A model generated the notes under the pieces. The model had not been told where the DNA came from and did no database searches. It saw only the letters and a program-made list of their open reading frames with translations. Positions 8,121-18,789 of a DNA stretch of 64,000 nucleotides are shown here, one piece after another (the stretch's first letter is position 1; each line of letters begins with the position of its first letter). Made by a program: the position numbers and the translations under genes. The stretch spans positions 5,232 through 69,231 of the forward strand of contig JADJPD010000018.1 of the NCBI GenBank assembly GCA_016713435.1. The letters run 5' to 3'. This stretch comes from Gemmatimonadota bacterium. Its GTDB lineage: Bacteria; Gemmatimonadota; Gemmatimonadetes; Gemmatimonadales; GWC2-71-9.

Positions 8121-9213
8121 CGGGCCTCGCGACGGAACGGAGGAGGGTTATGGAGGGTGCCGCGGCACCGCACAGGCGTGCCTGACTCGGCGCCCTGCTC
8201 CAAGCTACATCCGTCAGGCTCGCGCCCCTCTCGGGCGTGCTGATTCCGGGAGGAGGGATTCGGGTTTGCGGGCCGACACTCGGCGGGATACCGGCAGGCA
8301 TCACCACCAGGACCCTCGCGTGGCCGGGGTCAGTGATACCTCCTGGGCTGCCGCCCGGTCCCGGGACCAGCCAGTACCCATCGCGGTTATAGCCGCTGTA
8401 CCAGAAGAGCAGTTCGGACACCCCGTCGCCGTCGTAGTCGCCCGCATCCACCAGCGTGAGGCCGACGCCGAGGAACTCGACCTCGGTGCCGACCCGGAAC
8501 CAGTGCGCGCTCCACGCCTCGTCGAAGTCGGGACCATCGCAGGTGGCCCGCTCAGGGGCGGCACGCACCCCCACGAGGCGCTCCCCCGTCACTGCGCGGT
8601 AGGCCTGGACCACGCGCAGGTCGGCCGCCGTGTAGCGGGCGATCGTGTCCACCGTTCCGTCGCCGCCCTCGCACGTAAGCACCACCCGGCTCGCGAACTC
8701 GGGCATCACCCGCGCCAGGACCTCTGGCGGCGGCTGGTCTCGCTTCCAGCGGGCAGGGTCCCGGTAGTTGGGCCGGGAGACCACCACGACGGGCCGGCGG
8801 GCCGGCGCGTCGCACCAGCCGCCGAAGAGCCCGGCGCGGTCGGGGATGGTGTACCGCGCCGAGTCGGGCGCGGTGCCGAGGAAGCGCTCCCTGGCCTCCC
8901 GGAGGAAGAAGCCGGTGTCGGTCGGGGCGGGCGACGTGAACGTCCCGAGCCGCCGGCCATCGAACGCCACCGTCCAGGTCACGCCCTCCGGCCGCACCGG
9001 GAGTTCAGGCAGGGGGTCGCTGAGGGACTGCCAGCCGCTGGCCGTGCGCGCGAACAGCACCCGGAGCGACGGCGTGGGGCCCAGGTCGCACTGGGGCTCC
9101 TCGAGGACGCCGACGAGGATGGTCGGCGTGAGCCCCGGGGTGGACTGGGGCCACGCGGGGAGCGCGGCCAGCAGCCCGGCGAAGGGGAGGCACGTGAGGC
9201 GGCCCAGCATCAC
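8002..9213 (-). CDS. secreted hypothetical protein with FG-GAP/VCBS-like segment
   Basis: Signal-like N-terminus MLGRLTCLPFAGLLAALPAWPQ. Motif DAGDYDGDGVSELLFWYSGYNRDGYW. The low-complexity 3' tail overlaps 7527-8120 by 119 nt, so the true stop is uncertain. Confidence 0.55.
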   Translation of the reverse strand: MMLGRLTCLPFAGLLAALPAWPQSTPGLTPTILVGVLEEPQCDLGPTPSLRVLFARTASGWQSLSDPLPELPVRPEGVTWTVAFDGRRLGTFTSPAPTDTGFFLREARERFLGTAPDSARYTIPDRAGLFGGWCDAPARRPVVVVSRPNYRDPARWKRDQPPPEVLARVMPEFASRVVLTCEGGDGTVDTIARYTAADLRVVQAYRAVTGERLVGVRAAPERATCDGPDFDEAWSAHWFRVGTEVEFLGVGLTLVDAGDYDGDGVSELLFWYSGYNRDGYWLVPGPGGSPGGITDPGHARVLVVMPAGIPPSVGPQTRIPPPGISTPERGASLTDVAWSRAPSQARLCGAAAPSITLLRSVARPDANRAGHRPGWAGGPGAGGPGPVRARHAGCAGGRAGPGR

Positions 9214-9971
9214 GCGCCTTCCTGGCCGTCGTCGTCACGGAGCAGCTCCCGCAGCATCCGCTCCGGATGCTCCAGGAACGCCCGCGTGACCTGGAAGTGC
9301 TCCGTCTCCCGGTACGCCACCTCCCGCGGCGGGTGCTCCCCGAACTCGTAGATCGTGGCGCCGGGGAAGCCGAGGAGGATCGGGGAGTGGGTGGCCACGA
9401 TGAACTGGGAGTTCCGCTGCACCAGCCGGTGCATGGCGGCCATGAGCGCCAGCTGCCGCGATGGGGACAGGGCCGCCTCGGGCTCGTCGAAGAGGTAGAA
9501 GCCGTTCCCGCGGAGCCGGTGGAGCACCAGCGCCAGGAACGACTCGCCGTGCGACTGCTCGTGGAGCGACCGCCCGCCGCCGGCCTCCGGGTCGTAGGCG
9601 TGCCGCGCCTCGGGGTTCTCGAGCACCGTGGCGAGGTTGTAGAAGCTCTCGGCGCGGAGGAAGAAGCTGTCGGTGGGGGCCGGGCGGGTGCGGGTGAGCG
9701 TCAGGTGCTTGAAGAGCTCGGAGTGCGACCGCCGGGTGGTGAACCGCACGTGCTTGGAGCCGCCCTCCGCATTGAGCCCGAACGCGGCGGCCAGCGCCTC
9801 CAGCAGGGTGGACTTCCCCGAGCCGTTCTCGCCGACGAAGAAGGTGACGGCGGTGGGGAACGCCAGCTGCTCCAGGTGCCGGATGGCGGGGATCGCGTAG
9901 GGATACCCGCCCTGCCGTTCGGCGGGGAGGAGCTTGAGGCGGAGGTCGGTGATGAAGCGGGGGTGGGGCAC
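9210..9971 (-). CDS. AAA/ABC-like ATPase (COG3910-type predicted ATPase)
   Basis: Walker A FVGENGSGKSTLLEAL, Walker B FYLFDEPEAALSP, H-loop ATHSP. Its stop overlaps the start of 8002-9213. Confidence 0.8.
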   Translation of the reverse strand: MPHPRFITDLRLKLLPAERQGGYPYAIPAIRHLEQLAFPTAVTFFVGENGSGKSTLLEALAAAFGLNAEGGSKHVRFTTRRSHSELFKHLTLTRTRPAPTDSFFLRAESFYNLATVLENPEARHAYDPEAGGGRSLHEQSHGESFLALVLHRLRGNGFYLFDEPEAALSPSRQLALMAAMHRLVQRNSQFIVATHSPILLGFPGATIYEFGEHPPREVAYRETEHFQVTRAFLEHPERMLRELLRDDDGQEGA

Positions 9972-10076
9972 AGGGATCGGGGGGGGCTCGGGGTGACGGG
10001 TGAAGGATACAACCGGGCTGACCCGCCGTCAGGCACCAGCGGGTGCATCAGCCCCCGGGACGGCGGGCCGCCGTGT

Positions 10077-10475
10077 TCAGCCCTCGACCCACACCTGCTC
10101 GAACCCCGCCTCCTCGAGCACCCGCACGATGATTCCGACGATCGGGTCCGTGGCGGCCTCCTTGTTCCGGCCCCGGATCCGGTCCCACAGCGTGCGATGC
10201 CGCTCGAGCATGACCTGCCACTCGCCGTAGTCCGGTCGTGCGGGGTCCTCCGCGGAATTGCCGCCGACGCACATCAGGTAGGTGGCGTCGCCCAGCGTCG
10301 CCTGGTTGGCCCAGCCGAAGTCCTCCATGCAGATCACGTCGGCCTCCACGCCGCGGTCGCCCAGCGCCTGCACCAGCCAGGTGGAGAAGTCCTCCCCGAA
10401 GCAGCACGGATTGATGAAGTCCGGGCCGGGGCGGGAGAGGTTGAAGCGGGCGGTGTGGCAGTGGATGTGAACCAT
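10077..10475 (-). CDS. hypothetical cytoplasmic protein
   Basis: Coherent 132-aa ORF from MVHIHCHTARFNLSRPGPDFINP. No recognised domain. Confidence 0.5.
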   Translation of the reverse strand: MVHIHCHTARFNLSRPGPDFINPCCFGEDFSTWLVQALGDRGVEADVICMEDFGWANQATLGDATYLMCVGGNSAEDPARPDYGEWQVMLERHRTLWDRIRGRNKEAATDPIVGIIVRVLEEAGFEQVWVEG

Positions 10476-10535
10476 GGTTGAACGCGATGCCCCAGTCGCC
10501 ATCATCGTGGAAGCTGTCTCGGCAGCGCGGCGTCC

Positions 10536-10640
10536 TCAGCCCTGCCGCACGAACCGTGCGAGCCGCGGCAGGAGCGCCTTGGCTTCCGCCTCGTGCATTC
10601 CGACCCTGTGCGAGGGGAGGCAGCCTGCCGCCTCGCCCGG
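10536..10640 (-). pseudogene. possible 3' remnant of an alpha/beta-hydrolase gene
   Basis: The tail peptide PGEAAGCLPSHRVGMHEAEAKALLPRLARFVRQG resembles a hydrolase C-terminus (His...E.P...FL). There is no upstream body. Confidence 0.2.
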
Positions 10641-10690
10641 CTTCCCTGAACGTACTGGCATACAGCCCGCCCCGCCTCCCTGCCCGTCAG

Positions 10691-11692
10691 CTACGGCCAC
10701 TCCACAGCAAGCACCGTCGCCCAGCGCGCCGGATCGGGCGGCAGTTGCTCCCCCGTCAGCTGCATCAGCAGCGCGTGCGCCTCCGTGCGGGTGATGCTGT
10801 CGGCCGCCGCCATGCGGCTCAGGAGCATCCTTCCCCCGCCCATCACCATCCGCCGCCCGTCCGCCGTCGGTGGCGGCACGGCGCGGAGCAGCTCCATCAC
10901 CCGGTCCAGCGCGAAGAGGTTGGTGCCGTCGAGCACGGCGGCGATATCGGGCGTGAGCGGCGCCCAATTGACCGGCGTGCCGTCGGTGCGCAGGCGGTAC
11001 GCGAGCAGGTCGGCCGCGCCCATCGCAAAGAAGTTGAAGGGATGCCGGAGCAGCTGGGCCAGTGCCCGCTCCCCCGCCGGTCCCGAGCGCGGACTGCCGA
11101 GGACCAGCAGGGCCGGCATCAGGTTGGCGAGGTTCCGGTCGCCGAGGAAGGCCTGCAGCGCGGGTTCGACCGCGGCCTCGACATCCATGGCGGCCAGGTT
11201 GAGGCGCATGCGCTCCGTGTCGGGGGAGCGGCGGAGCAGGCTGTCCACCGGCTCCGCCGAATAGAGCGCCTCGGGATGCGTGAGGAGGAAGCCGAAGAGG
11301 TTGTTGTTCTGGCGGAGCAGCAGGGCGATGTCGGCCCAGCGGTCCGACGGCGGGAGCGAATCGGCGGGACGCGGGAGCAGCCGGGAGCGCGCGGAGTCGC
11401 CCGGCTCGAGCACCATGATCTCGAAGAACTTGGTGGGGCGCCCGCCATGCCCCGCCGGGTAGAGCACCACGGAGACATCGGGAAAGCCGAGCGACTGCCG
11501 CAGCGTCACGGCGCAGGTCTGGCTGGTGAGGGAGGCGTCGTGGGCGGCGAGGGAGTCGAGGAGCTGGGGGAGGGTCCAGTCGTGGAGGCCGATGACTTCG
11601 TAGCGGCCGGAGCGGGCGTCGAGGGTGGCCTGGGCTGGGGCGGCATCAGGGACGACGCACAGCAGGAGCAGCGAGATGATCGAGGCACCCAC
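10691..11692 (-). CDS. secreted hypothetical protein
   Basis: GTG/TTG start at about 11692-11707 gives a signal-like GASIISLLLLCVVPDAAPAQA. Last gene of the co-directional cluster. Confidence 0.5.
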   Translation of the reverse strand: MGASIISLLLLCVVPDAAPAQATLDARSGRYEVIGLHDWTLPQLLDSLAAHDASLTSQTCAVTLRQSLGFPDVSVVLYPAGHGGRPTKFFEIMVLEPGDSARSRLLPRPADSLPPSDRWADIALLLRQNNNLFGFLLTHPEALYSAEPVDSLLRRSPDTERMRLNLAAMDVEAAVEPALQAFLGDRNLANLMPALLVLGSPRSGPAGERALAQLLRHPFNFFAMGAADLLAYRLRTDGTPVNWAPLTPDIAAVLDGTNLFALDRVMELLRAVPPPTADGRRMVMGGGRMLLSRMAAADSITRTEAHALLMQLTGEQLPPDPARWATVLAVEWP

Positions 11693-11814
11693 CCCACTCC
11701 CGCACAATGCCCGTAGCGGGAGGTCGCCGCGCCCCGCGCGACCTACCTTTCGAGGTAACCGCGACCAACTCACGACCGCCGGGCGCCCGCCCGCACCTCC
11801 CACCCGGTGGAGCT

Positions 11815-13458
11815 TCACGGCGTGGGGGAGACGGACACGGGTAGAAGCACGACGGCCGGACGCGCCTGTTCGACCGGTATGTTGCGCCACGCCGGTAACA
11901 CACCGATCCCACTGCCATAGAACTCGCCGATCGCCTTCATGGCTGCCACGTCGCCAGCGGACAGCGCGAACGTGAATTCGCGCGTGACCCTGCGTTGACC
12001 GAATGTGGCCGACACCGTCAGGTGCGTCGTCCCGACCGTCCACCAGAAGTCCGCGGCCAGCATCTGCCTCGCCTCCCTCACGAGTTCCGGGGAGAGCAGC
12101 GTCACCCGGGGATCCGGTAGCTGCGCCACCACCACCTTCTGCCCCAGGGCCTGCGCGAGCTTGCCCTGATACGCCATCAGATTCGAGTTGACCGAGGAGA
12201 ATCCATACCCCACCGTCACCACCTGCCCCGGCGCCAGCGCAAGCATACTCCAGGCCGGCTGGACCATGCCGCCCATGTAGGTCACTTCAGGCAGCAGAAG
12301 GCGGGACTCGCCTCCGCTGGTGGAGACGGCGACCGAGATCTCACGTACGATGATCGAGTCTCCCGACGGATTGGCGAATTGCACCGTGGCGTCGAGTTGC
12401 GGTGTACCCAGGAAGTGTCGCACCACGACCTGCCCCGAGAGGTTGAGCATGCTGCCCTCAAGGTACGGTCGCCTGCTAAGCACAATACGCACCGGCTCCG
12501 GGCGCCTGGGCTTGAACTCCACCTGCTGGGAGACGTAGCCCCGGAGGCTCACGTCTGCGGTATACGAGGGTGCGGACCGGCTGGCTGGCACCGTGAACGC
12601 AAATGCCCCCGTCACATCGGAGCGTCCGCCGTCGGCGCCCGGGATCCGGATTGCGGCCCCATCGAGCGCCATCCCGGCTTCATCTACCACGGAGCCGCTG
12701 AAGCGGATTTCTTGCAGCCACCAGTGCTTGAGCAGGTCGGAAAGGACGATGATGGTCAGGCAGGCCAGGCCCAGACCCATCAACCACTTTACTAGCCCAG
12801 GGTTGGGCCGTCCCCGCTTCTCATTGGCGTGGCGCAGGATCTGCGAGATCAGGAGCAGCACCAGCGCCGCCAGCGACAGGGGCGTCTTGACCGCGTTCAG
12901 CACTTCAGCTATGCCCTCCATTACGGCCTCCCCTGCGCCCTTCAGCGCCGAGTCAGTGGACGATTGTGTGGTCGAGTCGGACCCGAGCGGACGGACGGGT
13001 GGGTTTCGCGTCGGAGCGGGCGCACCTGCCGTCTCGGTGGGTCTGGGCGCTGCCGGACTCTGTGAACCAACGCTGTCGGTGCCGGGTGCCGATCCGATCG
13101 GGTGAGGCTCTGCGACCGCCTCGCCCCGGCGGTCCCCACCCGGGGCCGCCTTCATCACGTAGGTTCCGGTGGCGAGGAGGAACAACACCCCAAAGCCCAG
13201 TCCGACACGCCGAGCAGACCATCCCTGGGACACTACGAGCCGCAGTTCGGGGGCGGCGACCAGAAGGAAGGTCCCGGCACCAGCGCTCCACAGGCTCAGG
13301 CCCACCCCAGGGTACCACGGGCCGACACCTCCGAGCCGAAGCAAGATGCCCAGAACCGCGACCAGGAACAGCCCGCCGAGAACGAGGGAAGGAATGGCAC
13401 CACCGGCCGGCGGATCGGGAGGAGCGCGGTCCGAAGCGGGTGAGGTCGGCGCGTTCAT
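11815..13458 (-). CDS. membrane protein with CarboxypepD_reg-like domain
   Basis: ATG at 13458. Several TM segments and a Pro/Ser-rich linker. Motif IRFSGSVVDEAGMALDGAAIRIPGADGGRSDVTGAFAF. The C-terminal domain is unknown. Confidence 0.6.
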   Translation of the reverse strand: MNAPTSPASDRAPPDPPAGGAIPSLVLGGLFLVAVLGILLRLGGVGPWYPGVGLSLWSAGAGTFLLVAAPELRLVVSQGWSARRVGLGFGVLFLLATGTYVMKAAPGGDRRGEAVAEPHPIGSAPGTDSVGSQSPAAPRPTETAGAPAPTRNPPVRPLGSDSTTQSSTDSALKGAGEAVMEGIAEVLNAVKTPLSLAALVLLLISQILRHANEKRGRPNPGLVKWLMGLGLACLTIIVLSDLLKHWWLQEIRFSGSVVDEAGMALDGAAIRIPGADGGRSDVTGAFAFTVPASRSAPSYTADVSLRGYVSQQVEFKPRRPEPVRIVLSRRPYLEGSMLNLSGQVVVRHFLGTPQLDATVQFANPSGDSIIVREISVAVSTSGGESRLLLPEVTYMGGMVQPAWSMLALAPGQVVTVGYGFSSVNSNLMAYQGKLAQALGQKVVVAQLPDPRVTLLSPELVREARQMLAADFWWTVGTTHLTVSATFGQRRVTREFTFALSAGDVAAMKAIGEFYGSGIGVLPAWRNIPVEQARPAVVLLPVSVSPTP

Positions 13459-13576
13459 CTCCACCTTCCCCCGCCAACCGGCATCGGTCTTCCCAGGACG
13501 CGACGAGGGCGACGCCCTCGCGGGTGCCAGCGACGTGCGCGCTCGGTGTGGACGCCGGGGTTGCCGTCGGCCACGC

Positions 13577-14578
13577 CTAGCCACCCACCTTCACGAGTTC
13601 GGCGATCAGCCCGGACAGGAGTGGCGCCAGGATCGCGAGCAGGCGCGGGGCCTGCGCGCTCAGGCTCACCATCGCCTCCCATTGCACTCGTTCGCGGGAG
13701 TCCGTGGGCTGCTCGGCGGACATCGCATCGCCCGCGCCTCGGATGACCATCGCCGTCGGCAGGGAGATGCCGAGCAGGAACGCCGTGTAAAGGATCGCAA
13801 GCACCGTCGTCACCGCCCCGGCCACCGGCGGCAGCGCGGCCTGCGCAACGGCCAGCTCGCCGGTGGTGCCCTCGGGGAGCGGGAGGACATACGCCAGGGA
13901 CCAGTCCATAAACACCCGCAACCGGACGAGGCTCACCACCAGTTCCGCGGCCGCCAGATAGAGGATTCCGTTCATCCACCGCCGGTGCCGCACCACGTCC
14001 GCAAGCGTCGGCGGTGTGACACTGTCGGTCGCCTCGGCGATGAGCCCCGTGACGGCGCATGCGATGGCCAGCGTGGTGAACAGCGACACCGCGTCGAGCC
14101 TGGGGTTGAGCCAGAGGATGGCGGGAAAGTCCGCGAGGAGGCCTTCGTGGAGGAACTGCCGCCACACGTGGTCCGGGGTGGACGAATGTGCCGAAAAGAA
14201 GAGGAGCGTGAAGCCCACCGTCAGCACCAAGGCGATGATGAGCCGAGGGGTGCGCCGCTTCCGGTCGAGAGGCCATAGACACGTCGCGGCCACCGCTGTG
14301 CAGAGGATCGGCACCAGCACCGACAGGCCCACCAGGCAGACCCAGACGAGGCGGTACGGCAGCGCCGCGCGCTGCGCCGCCGCGTCCGATCGCGCCACGG
14401 CCTCCAGCGCCGCGTGGAACGCCCGATCCGGCACGCACCCCCCGCCCGCGCACAGGATGAAGTAGTGGTAGACCAGCAGGAAGGTGAGCGCTGTCAGCGC
14501 CGTGAGCGCGAGCGGTACCCACGGGCGCACTGCCGGCCCGGACGAGGTCATGGGGCGTCCTTCCTTCATTGGTGGCAA
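13577..14578 (-). CDS. polytopic membrane protein, unknown function
   Basis: 333-aa ORF with at least 7 hydrophobic segments. No recognised motif. Confidence 0.6.
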   Translation of the reverse strand: MPPMKEGRPMTSSGPAVRPWVPLALTALTALTFLLVYHYFILCAGGGCVPDRAFHAALEAVARSDAAAQRAALPYRLVWVCLVGLSVLVPILCTAVAATCLWPLDRKRRTPRLIIALVLTVGFTLLFFSAHSSTPDHVWRQFLHEGLLADFPAILWLNPRLDAVSLFTTLAIACAVTGLIAEATDSVTPPTLADVVRHRRWMNGILYLAAAELVVSLVRLRVFMDWSLAYVLPLPEGTTGELAVAQAALPPVAGAVTTVLAILYTAFLLGISLPTAMVIRGAGDAMSAEQPTDSRERVQWEAMVSLSAQAPRLLAILAPLLSGLIAELVKVGG

Positions 14579-14677
14579 TCAGCACGCCCGCGGGGCGACC
14601 GAGGCCGCGTCAGCTGCCGAGGCGGGGGGCCTGGGCCGGGACCCGCGACGCTCCCTCCGGGCGCCGAAGCTGACTCC

Positions 14678-16767
14678 CTACCGGAGCCGCACGATCGGGA
14701 TGTCGATCGACACGAACACCCCGACGCGCGTGGCGCCCTTCTGCTCGTCCTTCTGGTCGCTGACCTTCCGCAGCGACGGGGCGTAATTGATGCCGCCGCC
14801 GAGCACAACCGGGAACTTGGGCAGCCCGACCACGAGATACGCGCCCGGGGAGAAGACCTGCGCCACGCCCACCTCAGGATCGGTTTCGAGGTCCTCATCA
14901 CTGGCGGTGACCCGGTAGGAGGCGAGGGCCCCGAGGTCGATCAGCTGCAGGAAGGCACTGATGGACCAGGAGCGGAGGCCGTGACCGAACTCCAGTCCGA
15001 CGGGGACCGACATCCCGTAGAAGGCCTGCGACTCGCCCGACACTCTTTCACTCCCGGCCCCGAGCCCGACATAGCCGTTGACGGTGGCGTACCAGGAGCG
15101 GCTACCCCGCTTGCCCTGGTAACTCTTCACCGGGGCCGCGTAGGCCTCGAACACGTCCGCGACGTCATCCGAGGTCTCGGCGGCCGCCAGCGCCGACCCC
15201 ACGGACAACAGCGGGAGGAGCCCTTCCGGCGGAGCCAACCCCCAGCCCACGCGGGTCACGCGCAGCACGGTGAGCGAGGCCACCACCGTGGCCGGATAGT
15301 CGCGGCGTGCGAGGGCGCCCACTCCCTCTCGCAGGGCGGCCAGCGCCGTGAGCACGGCGGGATCCACGCTGGCACGGCCCGCCAGCGCCTGCACCCAGAC
15401 GGTGACGACACCCAGGCCTGCGTCCACGGTGCGAGCGGCGAGGGGCAGCACGGAGTCTTCCTTGACCCCGGCGCGGAGGCGTCGCACCAGCGTATCCACA
15501 GCCTCGTGCGCCACGCGCATGGCCTCCACCGTCGCTCCCGCCTGGTGCACCGCGGCCGCCACACTGACGGCACTCCCGAGTCGAGCTGGCGGAGCCAGGC
15601 GTTCGCGTTGACGATCATCGCGCGGAGGACCTGCAGCCTGGCGTCCGCGTTGGCCGGCCAGTCGCCGTACCCGTCAACATTGGTGTCAGGGAGCACGGCC
15701 CCGAGGAGCGAAACCCGCTGCAGCACGGCGGCGATCGGGTAGTCCCGCGCGCTGCGGGAGCTGAGCTCGTGCTCGAGAAGTCCCCGGCGGGTCGCCGCGC
15801 TGGCGTCGGCCGAGCGCATGTCGGTCAGCGCGCGCAGCAGGTCCTTCCCTTTGAGCATCAGCGTGGCCATGGTTCCCACTGCGTAGGCCCCGAGGAGCAG
15901 GTCCCGGCGGCGCCTCAGGTCACCAGGCTCCTCCGCCCCGCCTGGCGGGGCGCTCGTGGTGCTGTCGAGCCGCCGGAGCGCGGCCAGGGGCCCCGTGCGT
16001 GGGAGCTGCGTCAGGTCCTGGCGCAGGGCGAGGCGGAGTTCCCGGAAGTCGGCGGCCCGTAGGGCCAGCTGGTCCTGCTCCAGGATTCCGCACGCGCGCG
16101 CGAAGAGGACGCTGGTGGGGCGCCCGAGGGGGCAGAGGTTGTTTGTCAGCCGTTCGATGAAGGCGATCCGGATCTCCGCCGAGGCCCGGTCCATCAGGAA
16201 CTTGGTGAGGCCGGAGAGCAGCTTCGCCTCATCCAGGCCAATGGCGCCGAAGAGCCCGCCGACCCCGAGCGCCTTGTTGCTTGTGGCGGTGCGGCCGGAG
16301 TCCACGCGCGCCGCCGTTACCAGGACCTCCGCGACCGAGGGGATGCGCGCCTCCGCCCGGATGGTCCCGGCGCCCTGCCCGATCTTGCACACCCACTCGA
16401 GGGCCCGCACGGTGGAATCGGGGATGGTGCTGGGCGGCGCCCCCTTCGCCTGCAGGTCGGCCTCGGCCTTGGCCAGGTCCGTCGAATCCGCGGCCACCTC
16501 CTCGCGCAGCTCGTCCCGCCGGTCGCTCGAGGCGCCCGCCAGCCCTGCCCGCGCGGCCGCCAGCGATTGCCGGAGGGTCGCGATGTCCGCCGCGGCCGAG
16601 GCGAGCTCCCCGCGCCAGGTGAAGAGGTCGCAGGCCTGCGCCATCCGTGCGGAGGTGACGAGCGAGTCGAGCGAGTACACCCCGTCCGTCGTGGGTACGC
16701 CTTGGCTGGCGAGGCGGCCTGCCCATAGGAGCATCCCCAGTACCAGGCGGCGTGGTCCGATCCTCAT
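14678..16767 (-). CDS. large secreted protein: helical N-region plus beta-barrel-like C-terminus, with an apparent frameshift near 15562
   Basis: Signal-like MRIGPRRLVLGMLLWAGRLASQG at 16767. The frame changes at ...DSGVPSV / VAAAVHQAG. The C-terminus has alternating hydrophobic strands and ends VFVSIDIPIVRLR. Confidence 0.5.
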
Positions 16768-18788
16768 GGCTCCCTCCTCTCGGCCCAGGGCGGCCCGCAC
16801 GGCGGCCGCCACGTTGATGACCTTCAGCGCCACCACCCGCCCGCCCACCGTGTCGTTGCAGACCACCGCCGTGGCGATGAGCAGGTCTCGGACCTCCTTC
16901 GCCGTGAGGTCGGGGTTGGCCCGCAACACCATGGCCGAGGCCCCCGCCGCCAGGGCGGTCGCGGCGGACGTGCCCGGAACTCGCGGGTGTAGCCACCCTT
17001 GAGCGCCGTGGTGAACATGGGAATCGCGGGGCCACGACGTCCACTTCCGGCCCGTAGTTGAGGACCAGCCTCGGCGCGCGCCAGGCGGCCGTCCCGATCC
17101 GCGCCCGCCACCGCCACCACGAAATCGAGGCAGGCGGGAAGCGCACTCGCCGCCGTCGCTGCCGGCTGCCGCCACCACCACGCATCCCCGCCCCCGGCCC
17201 GTGCGCGTCGCACGCTGGAGGGCGCGCCGCACCCGCTCCGAGTCGCCCGCGGACCAGCTCAGGCTCAGCACATCGGCGCCCGCCGCCACGGCCGCCTCGA
17301 TCCCGCTGGCCAGTCGCACGTTGGTGGTCACGATGTCGCCCCCGAAAGGCGCGGTAGTTCACCCGCACCGCCATCAGCCGGCTCCCCGCCCCCACGCCTT
17401 TCATGCCGTCCCCGGCAGGCCGTGCGCCTACGAGCCCGGCGCAACTGGTCCCGTGCCCATCGTGGGCCAGCGGGCAGGAGGTCAGCTCGGTCCGGAACAG
17501 GTCCGCCGCGCCCCACGGCGTCCCGCAGGTCGGGATGCGCCCGGTCAACGCCATCGTCCAGTACCGCCACGGTGACCCGGTCCAGCGCCCGGTCGCCGAT
17601 GAGCTCCCACGCCTCCATCGCCCCGATGATCCGGTAGGCGAGCGCGCCCGCCTCCGCGTCGCCTCCCAGCGCGGGCGCGTAGGGCATCGCCGCGCCCTTC
17701 ACCTGCACCAGGTCCGGCTCGGCAAACTCGACCTCCGCCAACGCGCCCAGTGTGGTGGCCGCCTTGAAGGGATCCTCGGCGGAGTCGAGTCGGACGGTAT
17801 AGTCCGACTCCTTCACCTCCAGCACCGTGCCCCGGAGGTGCTCGAGCGCGTCCTCCACCGACTTCGGCAGGGCGTCCTCCGTCTCGGCCAGCGACAGCAC
17901 CACCTTGTCCGTGGCGAACTGCCAGGCACCGCCCCCCGCCTCGAACACCGGCTGCACCCGCGTCACCTTGGGGCTCGCCTCGAGTCGGGTCACCAGGGCC
18001 TTGTAGTCCGCCAGCGTCGTGTTGGCGGTCTTGAAGAGGTAGTACCCGTCGCTGGGCAGCAGCCCGGTGTATACCAGCCCGAACTCCCCGGCCAGCTCCT
18101 CCGGGTTCAACGGCGACGTCCGGAACCGCACCGCAATCCGCCCGCGATCCACCCGGAGGCGCACCTCCCGCACCCCGTTGTTGAACGTGACCTCCTCACC
18201 CAGGCGGCTGCTGTGCCCACCTTCCCCGACTGGCGGCTCGTCCTCCCCCTGGAGCTCCCGCTCACGCGCTCGGGCACGGTCGGAGAGCCAGCGCTTGCCA
18301 AGGTCGTTGACGGTCTCCAGCACCACGTCGATCCAGAGACCGGTGAAGAAGCCGAGGAACAGCACCCACGGCGCACTCCCGGTCGACGGGAATCCGGCTT
18401 CGAGACAGACGAAGGCAACCAGGGCGACATACAGGGCCACCAGCAGGCGGCCCGCATACGTGCGCAGCACGTCCCGCGTGCGCCCACGTTGCCTGACCGC
18501 AGGAAGGCCGCCGTGGGCGTGTTGATGCTGTACGCCACAGGTCAGGCTGCCGATGTACGAGGCCACGATCAGCAGCGAGGGCACCGCCAGTCCCGCGAGC
18601 CCAAGGGGGATTTGGTCCTGGCCGCTGGTCATGTACGCCTGGGCCAGCTTCCACGACGAGTAGGTCCAGACCAGGGCCACGAGGAGGGCGTAGACGGCGG
18701 GGTGATACCGTCGCCAGGGGAGGGCCTGCTTGGGCCAGGGGATCTCGGTGGTGGTGAGGTTGAGGAGTGCCAGGAAGATCCCGCGCAT
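16768..18788 (-). pseudogene. membrane-anchored S8 subtilisin-like serine protease, multiple apparent frameshifts
   Basis: N-terminal TM region. Asp motif VAVLDDGVD (about 17544-17570). His motif HDGHGTSCAG (about 17450) is in a second frame. NYGPEVDVVAP and GTSAATALAAG (about 16970) are in further frames. No stop precedes 16767. Confidence 0.65.
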
Positions 18789-18789
18789 G

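Noticed and set aside
8002-8300. The last 100 or so codons of ORF 8002..9213 as real coding sequence overlapping the thioredoxin-like gene.
   Set aside because: The tail is low-complexity Pro/Gly/Ala/Arg and overlaps a good N-terminal membrane anchor in another frame. It is probably read-through after a missed stop or frameshift near 8300. The ORF-track coordinates are kept, but the 3' end is flagged.
7390-9213. Integron integrase or attI next to the proximal cassette.
   Set aside because: The flanking ORFs are a thioredoxin-fold protein and an FG-GAP-like secreted protein. No tyrosine-recombinase motifs (R..H-x-x-R..Y) appear in any frame. Only a possible attC fragment (acgcccgccagctgcagg, about 7468-7490) is present.
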